From Eledone cirrhosa (lineage: Eukaryota): a DNA stretch of 64,000 nt. A program made the position numbers and the translations under genes. Under the pieces are notes generated by a model, which did not search any database, was not told the origin of the DNA, and saw nothing but the letters and a program-made list of their open reading frames with translations. Positions 47,800-60,325 of this stretch are shown here, piece after piece. The stretch is taken from positions 245,582,001 to 245,646,000 of the forward strand of contig OZ024742.1 of NCBI GenBank assembly GCA_964016885.1. Direction: 5' to 3'. Positions within the stretch are counted from its first letter, which is position 1. Each line of letters starts with the position of its first letter.

Positions 47800-50700
47800 T
47801 AATGGAGAGAGGGGAATGTGTGGAGGGAAGGATAGAGGGGAGGGGCAAAGATAGTGATAAACACAAAGAGAGACAAGAGAGGGAGAGAGAGAGGGAGACG
47901 GGGAGAGAGAGGGCGAGAGAGAGGGAGACGGGGAGAGAGAGGGCGAGAGAGAGGGCGAGGGAGCGAGAGAGGGAGAGAGACAGAGAGGGAGAGGGAGAGA
48001 GAGAGGGAGGGAGGGAGAGAGAGAGGGAGGGAGAGAGAGAGGGAGGGAGGGAGGGAGAGAGAGAGGGAGAGAGAGACAAGAGGGAGAGAGAGACAAGAGG
48101 GAGAGAGAGACAAGAGGGAGAGAGAGACAAGAGAGGGAGAGACGAGAGGGAGAGACAAGAGAGAGAGACAAGAGAGAGAGACAAGAGGGAGAGAGAGAGA
48201 GACAAGAGGGAGAGAGAGAGAGACAAGAGAGACAAGAGAGAGAGACAAGAGGGAGAGAGAGAGAGACAAGAGAGGGAGAGAGAGAGACAAGAGAGGGAGA
48301 GAGAGACAAGAGAGGGAGAGAGAGACAAGAGAGGGAGAGAGAGAGGGAGAGAGAGACAAGAGAGGGAGAGAGAGAGAGAGAAGGACAGAGAGAGAGAGAC
48401 AAGGAGACAGACCGAGAGAGAGAGAGACGAGAGAGAGAGATGAGAGAGAGAGTGAGACGAGAGCGAGAGAGTGAGACGAGAGCGAGAGAGTGAGATGAGA
48501 GAGAGAGTGAGACGAGAGAGAGAGTGAGACGAGAGAGAGAGTGAGACGAGAGAGAGAGTGAGACGAGAGAGAGAGAGAGAGAGAGACAAGGAGACAGACA
48601 GAGAGAGTGAGACGAGAGAGAGACAAGGAGACAGACAGAGAGAGTGAGACGAGAGAGAGAGTGAGACGAGAGAGAGAGAGACAAGGAGACAGACCGAGAG
48701 AGAGGAGACAGACCGAGAGAGAGGAGACAGACCGAGAGAGAGGAGACAGACCGAGAAGGAGAGAGAGAGAGATAGACAAGGAGACGGACCGAGAGACAAG
48801 GAGACAGACCGAGAGACAAGGAGACAGACCGAGAGACAAGGAGACAGACCGAGAGACAAGGAGACAGACCGAGAGACAAGGAGACAGACAAAGAGACAAG
48901 GAGACAGACAAAGAGACAAGGAGACAGACAAAGAGACAAGGAGACAGACAAAGAGACAAGGAGACAGACAAAGAGACAAGGAGACAGACAAAGAGACAAG
49001 GAGACAGACAAAGAGACAAGGAGACAGACAAAGAGAGACAAGGAGACAGACAAAGAGAGACAAGGAGACAGACCGAGAGAAAGGAGACAGACCGAGAGAC
49101 AAGGAGACAGACCGAGAGACAAGGAGACAGACCGAGAGACAAGGAGACAGACCGAGAGACAAGGAGACAGACCGAGAGACAAGGAGACAGACCGAGAGAC
49201 AAGGAGACAGACCGAGCGACAAGGAGACAGACCGAGCGACAAGGAGACAGACCGAGCGACAAGGAGACAGACCGAGCGACAAGGAGACAGACCGAGCGAC
49301 AAGGAGACAGACCGAGAGACAAGGAGACAGACCGAGAGACAAGGAGACAGACCGAGAGACAAGGAGACAGACCGAGAGACAAGGAGACAGACCGAGAGAC
49401 AAGGAGACAGACCGAGAGACAAGGAGACAGACCGAGAGACAAGGAGACAGACCGAGAGACAAGGAGACAGACCGAGAGACAAGGAGACAGACCGAGAGAC
49501 AAGGAGACAGACCGAGAGAAAGAAGACAGACCGAGAGAAAGGAGACAGACCGAGAGAAAGGAGACAGACCGAGAGAAAGGAGACAGACCGAGAGAAAGGA
49601 GACAGACCGAGAGAAAGGAGACAGACCGAGAGAAAGAGACAGACCGAGAGAAAGGAGACAGACCGAGAGAAAGGAGACAGACCGAGAGAAAGGAGACAGA
49701 CCGAGAGAAAGGAGACAGACCGAGAGAAAGGAGACAGACCGAGAGAAAGGAGACAGACCGAGAGAAAGGAGACAGACCGAGAGAAAGAGACAGACCGAGA
49801 GAAAGAGACAGACCGAGCGAGAGAGACAGACCGAGCGAGAGAGACAGACCGAGCGAGAGAGACAGACCGAGAGAGAGGAGACAGACCGAGAGAGAGGAGA
49901 CAGACCGAGAGAGAGGAGACAGACCGAGAGAGAGGAGACAGACCGAGAGAGAGGAGACAGACCGAGAGAGAGGAGACAGACCGAGAGAGAGGAGACAGAC
50001 CGAGAGAGAGGAGACAGACCGAGAGAGAGGAGACAGACCGAGAGAGAGGAGACAGACCGAGATGGAGAGAGACAGACCGAGATGGAGAGAGACAGACCGA
50101 GATGGAGAGAGACAGACCGAGATGGAGAGAGACAGACCGAGATGGAGAGAGACAGACCGAGATGGAGAGAGACAGACCGAGATGGAGAGAGACAGACCGA
50201 GATGGAGAGAGACAGACCGAGATGGAGAGAGACAGACCGAGATGGAGAGAGACAGACCGAGATGGAGAGAGACAGACCGAGATGGAGAGAGACAGACCGA
50301 GATGGAGAGAGACAGACCGAGATGGAGAGAGACAGACCTAGATGGAGAGAGACAGACCGAGATGGAGAGAGACAGACCGAGATGGAGAGAGACAGACCGA
50401 GATGGAGAGAGACAGACCGAGATGGAGAGAGACAGACCGAGATGGAGAGAGACAGACCGAGAGAAAGGAGAGACAGACCGAGAGAAAGACCGAGAGAGAG
50501 GAGTCAGACCGAGAGAGAGGAGTCAGACCGAGAGAGAGGAGTCAGACCGAGAGAGAGGAGTCAGACCGAGAGAGAGGAGTCAGACCGAGAGAGAGGAGTC
50601 AGACCGAGAGAGAGGAGTCAGACCGAGAGAGAGGAGTCAGACCGAGAGAGAGGAGTCAGACCGAGAGAGAGGAGTCAGACCGAGAGAGAGGAGTCAGACC

Positions 50701-51650
50701 GAGAGAGAGGAGTCAGACCGAGAGAGAGGAGACAGACCGAGAGAGAGGAGACAGACCGAGCGAGAGGAGACAGACCGAGCGAGAGGAGACAGACCGAGCG
50801 AGAGGAGACAGACCGAGCGAGAGGAGACAGACCGAGCGAGAGGAGACAGACCGAGCGAGAGGAGACAGACCGAGCGAGAGGAGACAGACCGAGAGAGAGG
50901 AGACAGACCGAGAGAGAGGAGACAGACCGAGAGAGAGGAGACAGACCGAGAGAGAGGAGACAGACCGAGAGAGAGGAGACAGACCGAGAGACAAGGAGAC
51001 AGACCAAGAGAGAGAGACAAGGAGACAGACCAAGAGAGAGAGGCAAGGAGACAGACCAAGAGAGAGAGACTGACAAGGAGAGAGACTGACAAGGAGAGAC
51101 AGAGAGAGACAAGGAGACAGACTAAGGGAGAGAGAGAGACTAAGAGAGAGAGAGAGAGACTAAGAGAGAGAGAGAGAGAGAGAGAGACAAAGAGAGAGAG
51201 AGAGACAAGGAGACAGACCAAGAGAGAGAGAGACAAGGAGATAGACCAAGAGAGAGAGAGACAAGGAGATAGACCAAGAGAGAGAGAGACAAGGAGATAG
51301 ACCAAGAGAGAGAGAGACAAGGAGACAGACCAAGAGAGAGAGAGACAAGGAGACAGACCAAGAGAGAGAGAGAGAGACAAGGAGACAGACCAAGAGAGAG
51401 AGAAAAGGAGAGACAGAAAGAGAGAGACTAGGAGACAGAGAGAGACAAGGAGACAGACAGAGAGAGAGAGACAAGGAGACAGAGAGAGAGAGAGAGACAA
51501 GGAGACAGAGAGACAAGGAGACCAAGAGAGAGAGAGAGAGACAAGGAGACCAAGAGAGAGAGAGACAAGGAGACAAGGAGACCAAGAGAGAGAGAGAACG
51601 AGACAAGGAGACAGACAGGGAGAGAGAGGTATGCAGGGAGAGGAGGGGGA
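47800..51650. repeat. 3.8-kb GA-rich compound mini/microsatellite
   Basis: (GA)n flanks surround blocks of 19-20-bp units built on GAGACAGACCGAGA. Confidence 0.97.
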
Positions 51651-53400
51651 AAAGTAAATATCTACTGTTTAAGTGGTTTAGTTTACTGAGAGTCATAATG
51701 ACTAAAGCACTGTCCTAGTTTAATCTATAAAAATAAAAATCAACAAAATTGGTTGACTAAGCATTTCATTGACAAAAATATTTATCAAAGGTAAAACATG
51801 AACTTCATATCATTATCATTGAACAGTAATCTTATTAGTTACTTCTGAAAATAGAGCTACAGCTCAGATGTAATTTAATACCTTCTAGACTAATGGTAAA
51901 AGTCAATCTCATGTGGAAACCCCCTATTTTAAAAAAAACTTTTGGATATTTCCATGTATTTCAAAGTCAACCATAGTTCTTTAGGGACAATAGATCAAGA
52001 TATTATTCTGAATATGAGAAGATTACTTTTTTTTAAATAATATATTCTGATGTAAGCAACTGGAACTATTTAAAAGAGCTACACAGCCTTATTTATGCTT
52101 TGCTAGTACAAAATATTTTGATGCTTAGAAATATAAGTATTTTTATAGCAATTCATTGTTTTAGAATCCATTTAAGTTCCAAACACTAGTTTAATTTTTA
52201 ACATCTTGTACCACACAAGACTGCATTAGCAAGCCACTCTTAAAAAATACAAAACAGTATTATGCATCAAATGAAAAATTAAAGCCTTTATACTGTAAAT
52301 TTTCACAGATTTTCCAACCAATGAAGATACTATAAACATTTGAATTGACAAACCAGTTTTTAGATATTTTCTGCTAAATCATTAGAGGAGGTTAAGAATT
52401 ATTATTAGCATTTACATTACACTATATTTACTATTGTATTTTCGTGGTAAAGGCTTTACCTCACATAATATTAAATCTATGAAATGTTGATGTTATTTAT
52501 TTTGAGAACAATACCGTATGAGTGGCCAGTTACGGTCGGTTTGAACAGAAAGAGGTGAGGGAATTCTGGCCGGATATGGCCGGTTTAAATGCTAAATAGT
52601 TAAAGTTATATTACTACATCACTTCAGATCCTTTATTTTAAGTTATTTGAAAATCTCAGGCAGCTTATACATATGTAGGCATAGCTGACCTCCTACGAGA
52701 TCACATCTTACAGGAGGTTTCTTGGGTGTTTTAATGATAGGGCTCCAGTTTTATGAATATTAACATTAAATCAAGCATCTTGCTCAAGAACACCACACAC
52801 TGCATTATCCAAGAATTGAACCCAAGACCTTATGATCACAAGTCAAACAACCTCATCCCTAGGCCATGGGTGTTGGACTAACGATCATTAGGTCTTGGAG
52901 TCCATTCCTGGACCCAGTGGCACATTTGGGTCCTTGTACAAGGCAATTTATTCTTGTTCATGAATCTAAAATGTGTGCCCCTATAAGAAATCAAAAAGGT
53001 AAAAAATACAACAGTACCTTGTCCAGGAATTGAACTCAAGACGTCACTATCATGGGTCCAACATCCTAACCACCAGGCTATGTACCTTCACAAAATAAAT
53101 TTTGATCCCAGGCTAAAACTAATTCCCTTCATTTACATAATCTTACTTGATTCCCCTATAAATGTCTGCTCTTGTACCTAACTAAGTAGGTAATCATTTA
53201 AGCTGTTGAGATTAATCTAGGACAGTTTGGAAAGCAGAGAGGTAGGCTCATTAAATACTTCCCTTTGAGTATTGCCAATTAGTATTTGTTCTTGTATAAG
53301 AAATAATTAGATTAGTAGTAATAATTGAAAATCAAGTTCAGTGGTAGGTGACATTTTAATATTTATATTTATACAAATTCTAATATACTTTTCTTTATAA

Positions 53401-53680
53401 TGGAGGTGTGTGGCCTACTGGTAAGTGTGTTGAACTTATGTTCATAATGTTGTGGGTTCATTTCTTGGACTGGGTTGTGTGTTGGGTTCTTGAGCAAAAC
53501 ACTTCATTTTATGTTGCTCCAGTGTACTCTGCTGAAAATGAATACCAGCAATGGCTGGGGATTTAATCCTGTGATGCACAGGTGTCCTGTCCAGCGGGGG
53601 AGAGTCTTTTACTCAGTCGCTTCATGCCACAGAAACCAGGATAAGCACCAGCCTGATTAATGAGCCTCCAGGCTTTATCG
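53401..53680 (+). mobile_element. tRNA/CORE-like SINE family B
   Basis: Colinear with 31616-31892. Confidence 0.8.
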
Positions 53681-53695
53681 ACTGGTATTTAAATT

Positions 53696-54155
53696 ATACA
53701 TTCCCATTATCCTCTACAATTTATTGTCTTCCTCTCTCTGAGTGACACTGCTCATTCACTGAACCAATGCGGGTGGGGTACACAATATGAGTGATTATGT
53801 GATGGAGAAATGAACAAGTTCAGTAGAGCTGAGTGAAGTGGTACAAGATCAACCCATTTTGAGGTACAGTGGCTACCATGATAGCATTAGAAGAGGCAGA
53901 GTAAGGACACTGCTTCATTTGTGTTGTTGGACCTCCAACAAGTATTCCAGTTGTCTAATCAATGGAACATCCTGCTTGTGCAAGTGGCTGAGTATTACAC
54001 ACACACACACACACACACTGTACTCTTAGCACAATTCTCAAGAAGATTCAGCAAATTACAGCCAACACACTTTTGCCTGTCGAGTAGACTGGAGAAACAT
54101 GAAATAAAGTGTCTTGTTCAAGGACATAATGCTATACTAGGAATCGAACTCATGC
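53696..54155 (-). mobile_element. tRNA/CORE-like SINE family C (partial second copy about 63330-63450)
   Basis: GGAATCGAACTC (B box on minus) and GTGTCTTGTTCAAGGACA (CORE-like). ATCAATGGAAC...AAGTGGCTGAG is shared with 63380-63420. Confidence 0.65.
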
Positions 54156-55432
54156 ACCTTCACATGTTCGTTATATGGCATTAAACATACGATAAAATGT
54201 TTTTGATCCAGTAAGGACCTCAATGTATTCGTGTGAATTTTTCAGAAGAGGAATATTTTAGACAACTATGTATACTGAATGAAACTAACGTAGGATGGTA
54301 GACTTAATTCGTCGCCCAGTTTAACACCACCACCTGAACATAGGCGCCTTTAATCAAGCATTTATGTGATGGGTCTGAAAAATTAATCGGAACCTTTGCA
54401 TATTTTTTATGGTAGCGAAAAAAAAGGAGCCCATGCCTAGTCACGTCAACCCTTGATCTGTTACTGGTGCAAAGATTCGGACAAGGTCTTTGCTTTGGGG
54501 GTACATTCTTCTTTCCGTTACACCAACTAGTCACAGATGCTCTGAACGGAATCATGGACACTGCTCGTCCTTTCAAGACTAAACAGTAAACATTTTTTTT
54601 TTAAATAACTGGACCCGGATATCCTAACTCGAACTCCAAACCCTTGAGTTGATAGTCCAGTTACGATATCCACTCCATCATATTTCTTTCTCACTAAAAA
54701 ATACTTGGGAAAAACATGAACACCACAGATTCTCGGTGTCATATCCGATAACAAAAAAAAATATGCTTACGTTTGCAATTATTTTATAGCCTTAAACATG
54801 AAAGATTCATGTTTAAAGAAAGATTATAACTTCAGCATTCATAGAGATAAACTAAGGAATTTCAATAAATGTGGCAGGAAATATGTATCGATGCAAAATC
54901 GAAAAGTTAGCGATGTGGCATTATCTACTTTAAAAAATATATACGCGGGCGCGCGTGTGTGAGTGAGTGTGAGAATGTGAGAGTGAGTAAGTGAGTGTGT
55001 GTAAGTGTGTGTGTGAGTATGTGTGTGTGTGAGTGTATGTGTGTGTGTGAGTGTATGTGTGTGTGTGAGTGTGAGTGTGTGTATACGGGCAGATCACCTG
55101 CATAAAGAATTCAGATTAAGGATTGGATTGGCATTATGTATGTATGTATATATATATACAAAGAACTATTGCAATATGCCTTATTTTTCCTCTATAAAGT
55201 TAGATGCGTGTGTATGTGCATCCGCACACATTCACACATAAATGTATGTATACGGATGTGGATGTGTACGTGTGATTACACACATACACAAACGTATGTG
55301 TGTAATCGTTAGGGAAATTGATAGTGCATACATCGACGTGTCTAAGTTAAAAAAAAAAAAAACTACTGCAATCTTGATATATTTTCTAAGTTTGAACAAT
55401 GAAATTATATACTGTGTGTGTGTGTGTGTGTG

Positions 55433-55464
<32 letters not shown>

Positions 55465-56154
55465 CCCTATAACATTTGCAATGCCAGAGCTTTTGAGCAA
55501 ACATTGTAAAAGACCCCACACACACACAAAAAAAATAGGACATAAAAAATGACACTGAGTCAGGCATATATCTAAATCTAGCTTTAATTTTTACTTTAAT
55601 ATTTTATAATACATATTTTAGATTTAATTCCAAAGAGAAGGTAGTTATGTATAGTATAATTTAAAGGAATTATAGAAACATACGGGGGGCTGGGGAAATT
55701 GAAATATTATATGTATGAAGAAAGTACTTTATGTGGCATTTGCAAAAGAAAAAAAAAATTACGTGTAACACTAACATATTTATTACATGTTTCTAGAAGA
55801 AATTTCAAATTTGCTGATGTTAGCGGTTTTCATATATATTTGATGTGTTTTGTGTGATAATAAAGAGAGTTGTGGTCAGAAAACTAAAACTACTGCAGAC
55901 TGGAAGATGGGGAATGACATTAAATATATTCTAGAAAAGAAAGAAATTCTTATTCTTACCAAAAACTCAAAAGATTTATGATAAACGAGGAACAGGAAAA
56001 AAAAAAAAAAAAAAAAAGCGGATGAAGTGTTTTATCCGAGACGTAATAATCATATATATATAAGGGAATAGTTTTTAAGTATCAGATTGGATGTCTCCAC
56101 TTTAAACGCCTTTTCTTTTTAAAATAAAGATTTTAATTTACACTTTATATCCAA

Positions 56155-56166
56155 ATGTATATGCAC

Positions 56167-56201
<35 letters not shown>

Positions 56202-56266
56202 GTCGCATATATGTTATGAAATACTGTTAGCTTCTCGCTAAAACAATTTCTATACCTTTCATTTAC

Positions 56267-56298
<32 letters not shown>

Positions 56299-56343
56299 GT
56301 ATATGCACATACACGCATATATATACACGTATATGCACATTCA

Positions 56344-56386
<43 letters not shown>

Positions 56387-56645
56387 GTATATGCACATAC
56401 ACGTATATTATTATATATAAATATATACGTATATGCACATACAGACGCATATATGTACATACGCACGCGCATATATGTGCACATACACGTATAACAAAAT
56501 ACTGGGTTGTATAAGTATAAGAGACGTGGTTTGTGTGTATGCACATATACACACATGTTTATGCCTATAAATACACATACATACAATACGCATATGTATA
56601 TGCACATACAAATACGCATATATAAACACATACATGCACACACAC
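56155..56645. repeat. Compound (TA)/(CA)/(CG) alternating purine-pyrimidine repeat
   Basis: (TA)n runs interleaved with the unit ACACGTATATGCACATAC. Confidence 0.9.
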
Positions 56646-57191
56646 GACATACCTATTAACAACGTCAAATCAGACAACAATTATACCATTAAAATGTGCC
56701 AGACATAAGTTCTCAATTTAACCCTCTCCCACACATTCACAAATTAATGACAATGTCATTTTTTTTTTGTAATTAACACATTAACACAGAGAAAAATAAA
56801 TTACGTGTTTGACGTACGGTCGGGAAAAAAAATTCACTCAATATTATTATTATAAAAACGAAACAAACTTCTAGAACAACTCGGCTTTACTAAACAAAAA
56901 CAATTTGCTAAAGCTTTTACCTCTCTAATGTCAGGTTTATTTTTATTTATAAATTAGAGATAATCAAAATAAAGCGACTGTAAACAATAACAAAGAAAAG
57001 TTAGAGCACTGACTGTAAATAAATTTCTTACGTGTAAAGGAATATAGCTAAAAGGTGTTTCTAATATTTAACAAGTCGACGTTAATTGTGGTAAAGATTT
57101 GTATATAAGAATAATAAACAGCATGCCTCGCTATTTTATTGCTATTAGCATTAAAGAGAATGAAATAACGAAACAAATTCAAAGAACTTAC

Positions 57192-57233
57192 CTTATAAAT
57201 ACAGGATTTTACACTTTGGTATAAGCGAGACAT
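57192..57233 (-). CDS. Candidate first coding exon of the TMEM263-like gene
   Basis: ATG...AAG|GTAAGT (consensus donor) encodes MSRLYQSVKSCIYK. Phase 0 matches exon 36993, giving a 111-aa product. No homology support. Confidence 0.4.
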
Positions 57234-57299
57234 AGTGATGTTTAATAGATATATATTTATATATATCAAAAATAGAAGTAATAGCTCGTCAACAATGTT

Positions 57300-58100
57300 T
57301 TGGTATTGGAACGGCTACCTGCTCAGCTAAGATTTTCTTTGTTTTGCTTGGGATTTTCTTATGTAAAAAGACCTTTCTTGGAACGAAGACAGACAAAAAG
57401 TACCAGCAGAAACTGGTTTCTTCAAATGTCTACCTATATGTCACTCCTCCTGGGTTCCGTTGGCGCTAAATTCAGTAAGCGTATACGCTAAACACAAAAT
57501 ACGTATATTATATACATATAAATGTAATTCTGTCACTGACACATTGACTTTTTTTTTCAAAGAATGGGAACTAGATAATACGTTTTGAAATTATATATTT
57601 TTCGTCCCCTGGGCCATAAACACAGAAAAAAAAAATAGGGAAATATTTCGTATTAACACTATTTATCAATCATACAACCTCCAGATGAAAGGTGAAAATT
57701 ACGAGACGAATATAGTGTATAAGACTGGTGGATGGTGGTGAACTAATACTGTAAAGAGATGAAGAGGCGAAGAAGGAATAAAGCTGCCACGTTGTTTATT
57801 TTGCCATGTTGTTAGTCGCTGACGTCCGAGACCAGCTTTTCATTGGTTCAACGTATTGTCTCGTTTTCGTTTCAGCGAATCCAATTTCAAATCCAGACTC
57901 CAAACTTGCACGTTCTATACTTGCTTCCAACACAACATTCAATCCATGTCCAAGCAGTGATTTCAATGTTGTACAATGTGATTTCTTCCCCCCTTTTTTT
58001 TTTCAACATTCATCTTTTCTCTCCTTCTATTGTCAACTGTTTCGCTGCACTAGGTTTTAAAATGTCCAAATCACGACGGCGCCCCTAGGATTCCAATAAG
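57300..58100 (-). promoter_or_regulatory. Putative promoter / 5' region
   Basis: Non-repetitive, with CpG retained relative to the flanks. YY1-like AACATGGC on minus (about 57803-57810) and CRE-like TGACGTC (57820). Lies just upstream of the candidate ATG exon. Confidence 0.4.
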
Positions 58101-59829
58101 AGTTAAGGCTCAGAACTGGAGCATACAAAAACAATAACATATCTGAAGTTTTATTAAATTTATTCTCAGAGTAACGCTTTTTATTTTTGTTGATTTATAA
58201 CTGTTACAGTAAAATAGGTTCCTTTTATTACTTTTACAAATAATTCAACATAGCAATACAATATTATTATTTTTTTTTTTTCGTCAGCTCTTTGATAATG
58301 ATAATAATTGTTTCTACTTTTGGCACAAGGCCAGCAATTACCCAGTACATTACTGGTACTTTATTTTATCGACCCCGTAAGAATGACAGGCAAAGTTAAC
58401 CTCAGTGGGATTTGAACTCAGATCGTAAAGGGACGTAACTACAATGATAATAATGGGCTCATACACAAAAAAGGCACACCAAACCGCCAATTTTATATAT
58501 CAAAGTCGGCCAGAATTGAAAAGTTATACATACAGGTATTAAATTTAAAAAATCTAACCATCCTTTTACATCCACTTTCCACACTGGCATGTGTTAGACA
58601 GGTTGTTGCAGTCCAAGACCAGATATATCGGAGTGATCTCATCCTGCTCATATTACATATTTTGCACAATTTCTATGGCTGGATGCCCTTCCTAACATAA
58701 CCACTTTAGAGTGTTTACTGGATGCATTGTTTTTGCAATACCAGCACAAACACTTTATATAGCAACATCAAATACTTTTTATTAGAATACAGTTCTGATA
58801 ACAACCTGATGTCTCTAAAGTTGAGAAAATTTGATGAATTTTGCCCCAGTAAGAACATTAAATACCTTTTGTTAAAAATAAAGTTCTCATTGTCAAAGGG
58901 ATAAAACTAAAAAAGCCCAGGAAAGGGCGCAAATAAACTGCTATGGCCGTCGCAGGGGCTCTAGGGCAATGCCCCCCCTCCCCATTAAATCTGGCCATGT
59001 GGTAGAATATCTTGCTTACATCTATTGTGGTTTTGGCATGGTTTCTACACCTGGATATTTGTCCTATCATCAACCAATTTACAGGTTATATAAGGTGTAT
59101 TTTTATCATTGAACCAACACTAGGGAGGTTGTCATGTCCTCAAAACAACTGAAGAGTCCTCTGAGTTGCTAGTATTTATTTTAATGACTCTGGAATTATG
59201 AAAGGCAAAGTTGATATTTGCAAAGATTTGAATTTAGTATGCCAACAATTTGTCTGATTCTCTTATAATTCTTTCAATTCACTGCCTATAGATGATTTTA
59301 CTTTTTGATTTATGAATGTGTGTGTCACAGTGAAGTATTTCCTGATTGGAGGCAATATAGGGTTGAGAGGACATTTTAGTTTGGTAAAAAATATGATAAC
59401 CATTCTAGTGTTGGTACAATGATAAAATGCACTCAGTGTACTCTGTAAAATGGTTGATATCCAACTGTAGAAAACATGCCAAAATATATTTGAGCAAGAA
59501 ATGGTTCCACAACCAGTCTAGTATCAGACCAAGACAATTCATCGAATCCATAGCAGTGTGGGAAATGGACATAAAATGATTATGATGATGTGTGATTTAG
59601 ACAAAGAGGATGGGTAGTGTCTCTGACACTTTACCAGGACTCCAAGAGTGATGGAAGGATATCATCATGATACCAAACACTGAGCTTGAATGCTTCCAAC
59701 AGATAAAAACACCCATGCACATGAACTCAAACATGCATCGAGTAGGCATTTCTTAACCACTATACTCTTTCCATACACCCCCACGCTCCAACACACACTC
59801 ACGCACTTCTGTCTACACTGATACTAACA

Positions 59830-60270
59830 TAACCTTACACTGTAAAGTTATGTTAGTATCACAATAAAAAAAAAAGCACCCAGTCCACACTGTAAGGTGG
59901 TAATGTAGGTGTCATGACAAAACGAACCCAGCCCAGACTGTAAGGTGGTTGTGTAGGTGTCACAACAAAAAGCACCGAGCCCACACTGTAAGGTGGTCAT
60001 CTAGGTGAAATAACAAAAAGCACCCAGCCCACACTGTAAGGTGGTCATCTAGGTGAAATAACAAAAAGCACCCAGCCCACACTGTAAAGTGGTCATGTAG
60101 GAGTCATGACAAAAAGACTCCAGTACACACTGTAAATGTGGTTGGTGTTAGGAAGGGCATCCACCCATACAAACCTAGCCAGAAATACTTCTATATGAGA
60201 AAGACATGGTCACCTGACCCAACTTGCCTCAAATGGGACTACCCTTCTAACCTATGGTAGCGTGGAAACT
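59830..60270 (+). repeat. RTE 3' UTR-derived repeat with about 6 tandem units of about 48 bp
   Basis: The unit AAAAAGCACCCAGCCCACACTGTAAGGTGGTCAT(C/G)TAGGTG is followed by GTTGGTGTTAGGAAGGGCATCCA. Confidence 0.85.
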
Positions 60271-60282
60271 GTTGGTAATGAG

Positions 60283-60322
<40 letters not shown>

Positions 60323-60325
<3 letters not shown>

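Noticed and set aside
48785-50990. Regular 19-20-bp repeats as a CRISPR array
   Set aside because: There are no unique spacers and no cas genes, and the context is eukaryotic.
47646-51696. Long ORFs (up to 897 aa) rich in R/E/D/T or S/L/V/C
   Set aside because: They are translations of the GA satellite, which lacks stop codons by composition and is open in several frames on both strands.
55023-56680. ORFs rich in Y/I/C/V/H
   Set aside because: They are translations of (TA)n and (CA)n microsatellites.
57740-57808. AACATGGC on minus as the TMEM263 start codon
   Set aside because: The frame closes after about 21 codons without a donor. It is more likely a YY1-type motif or uORF.
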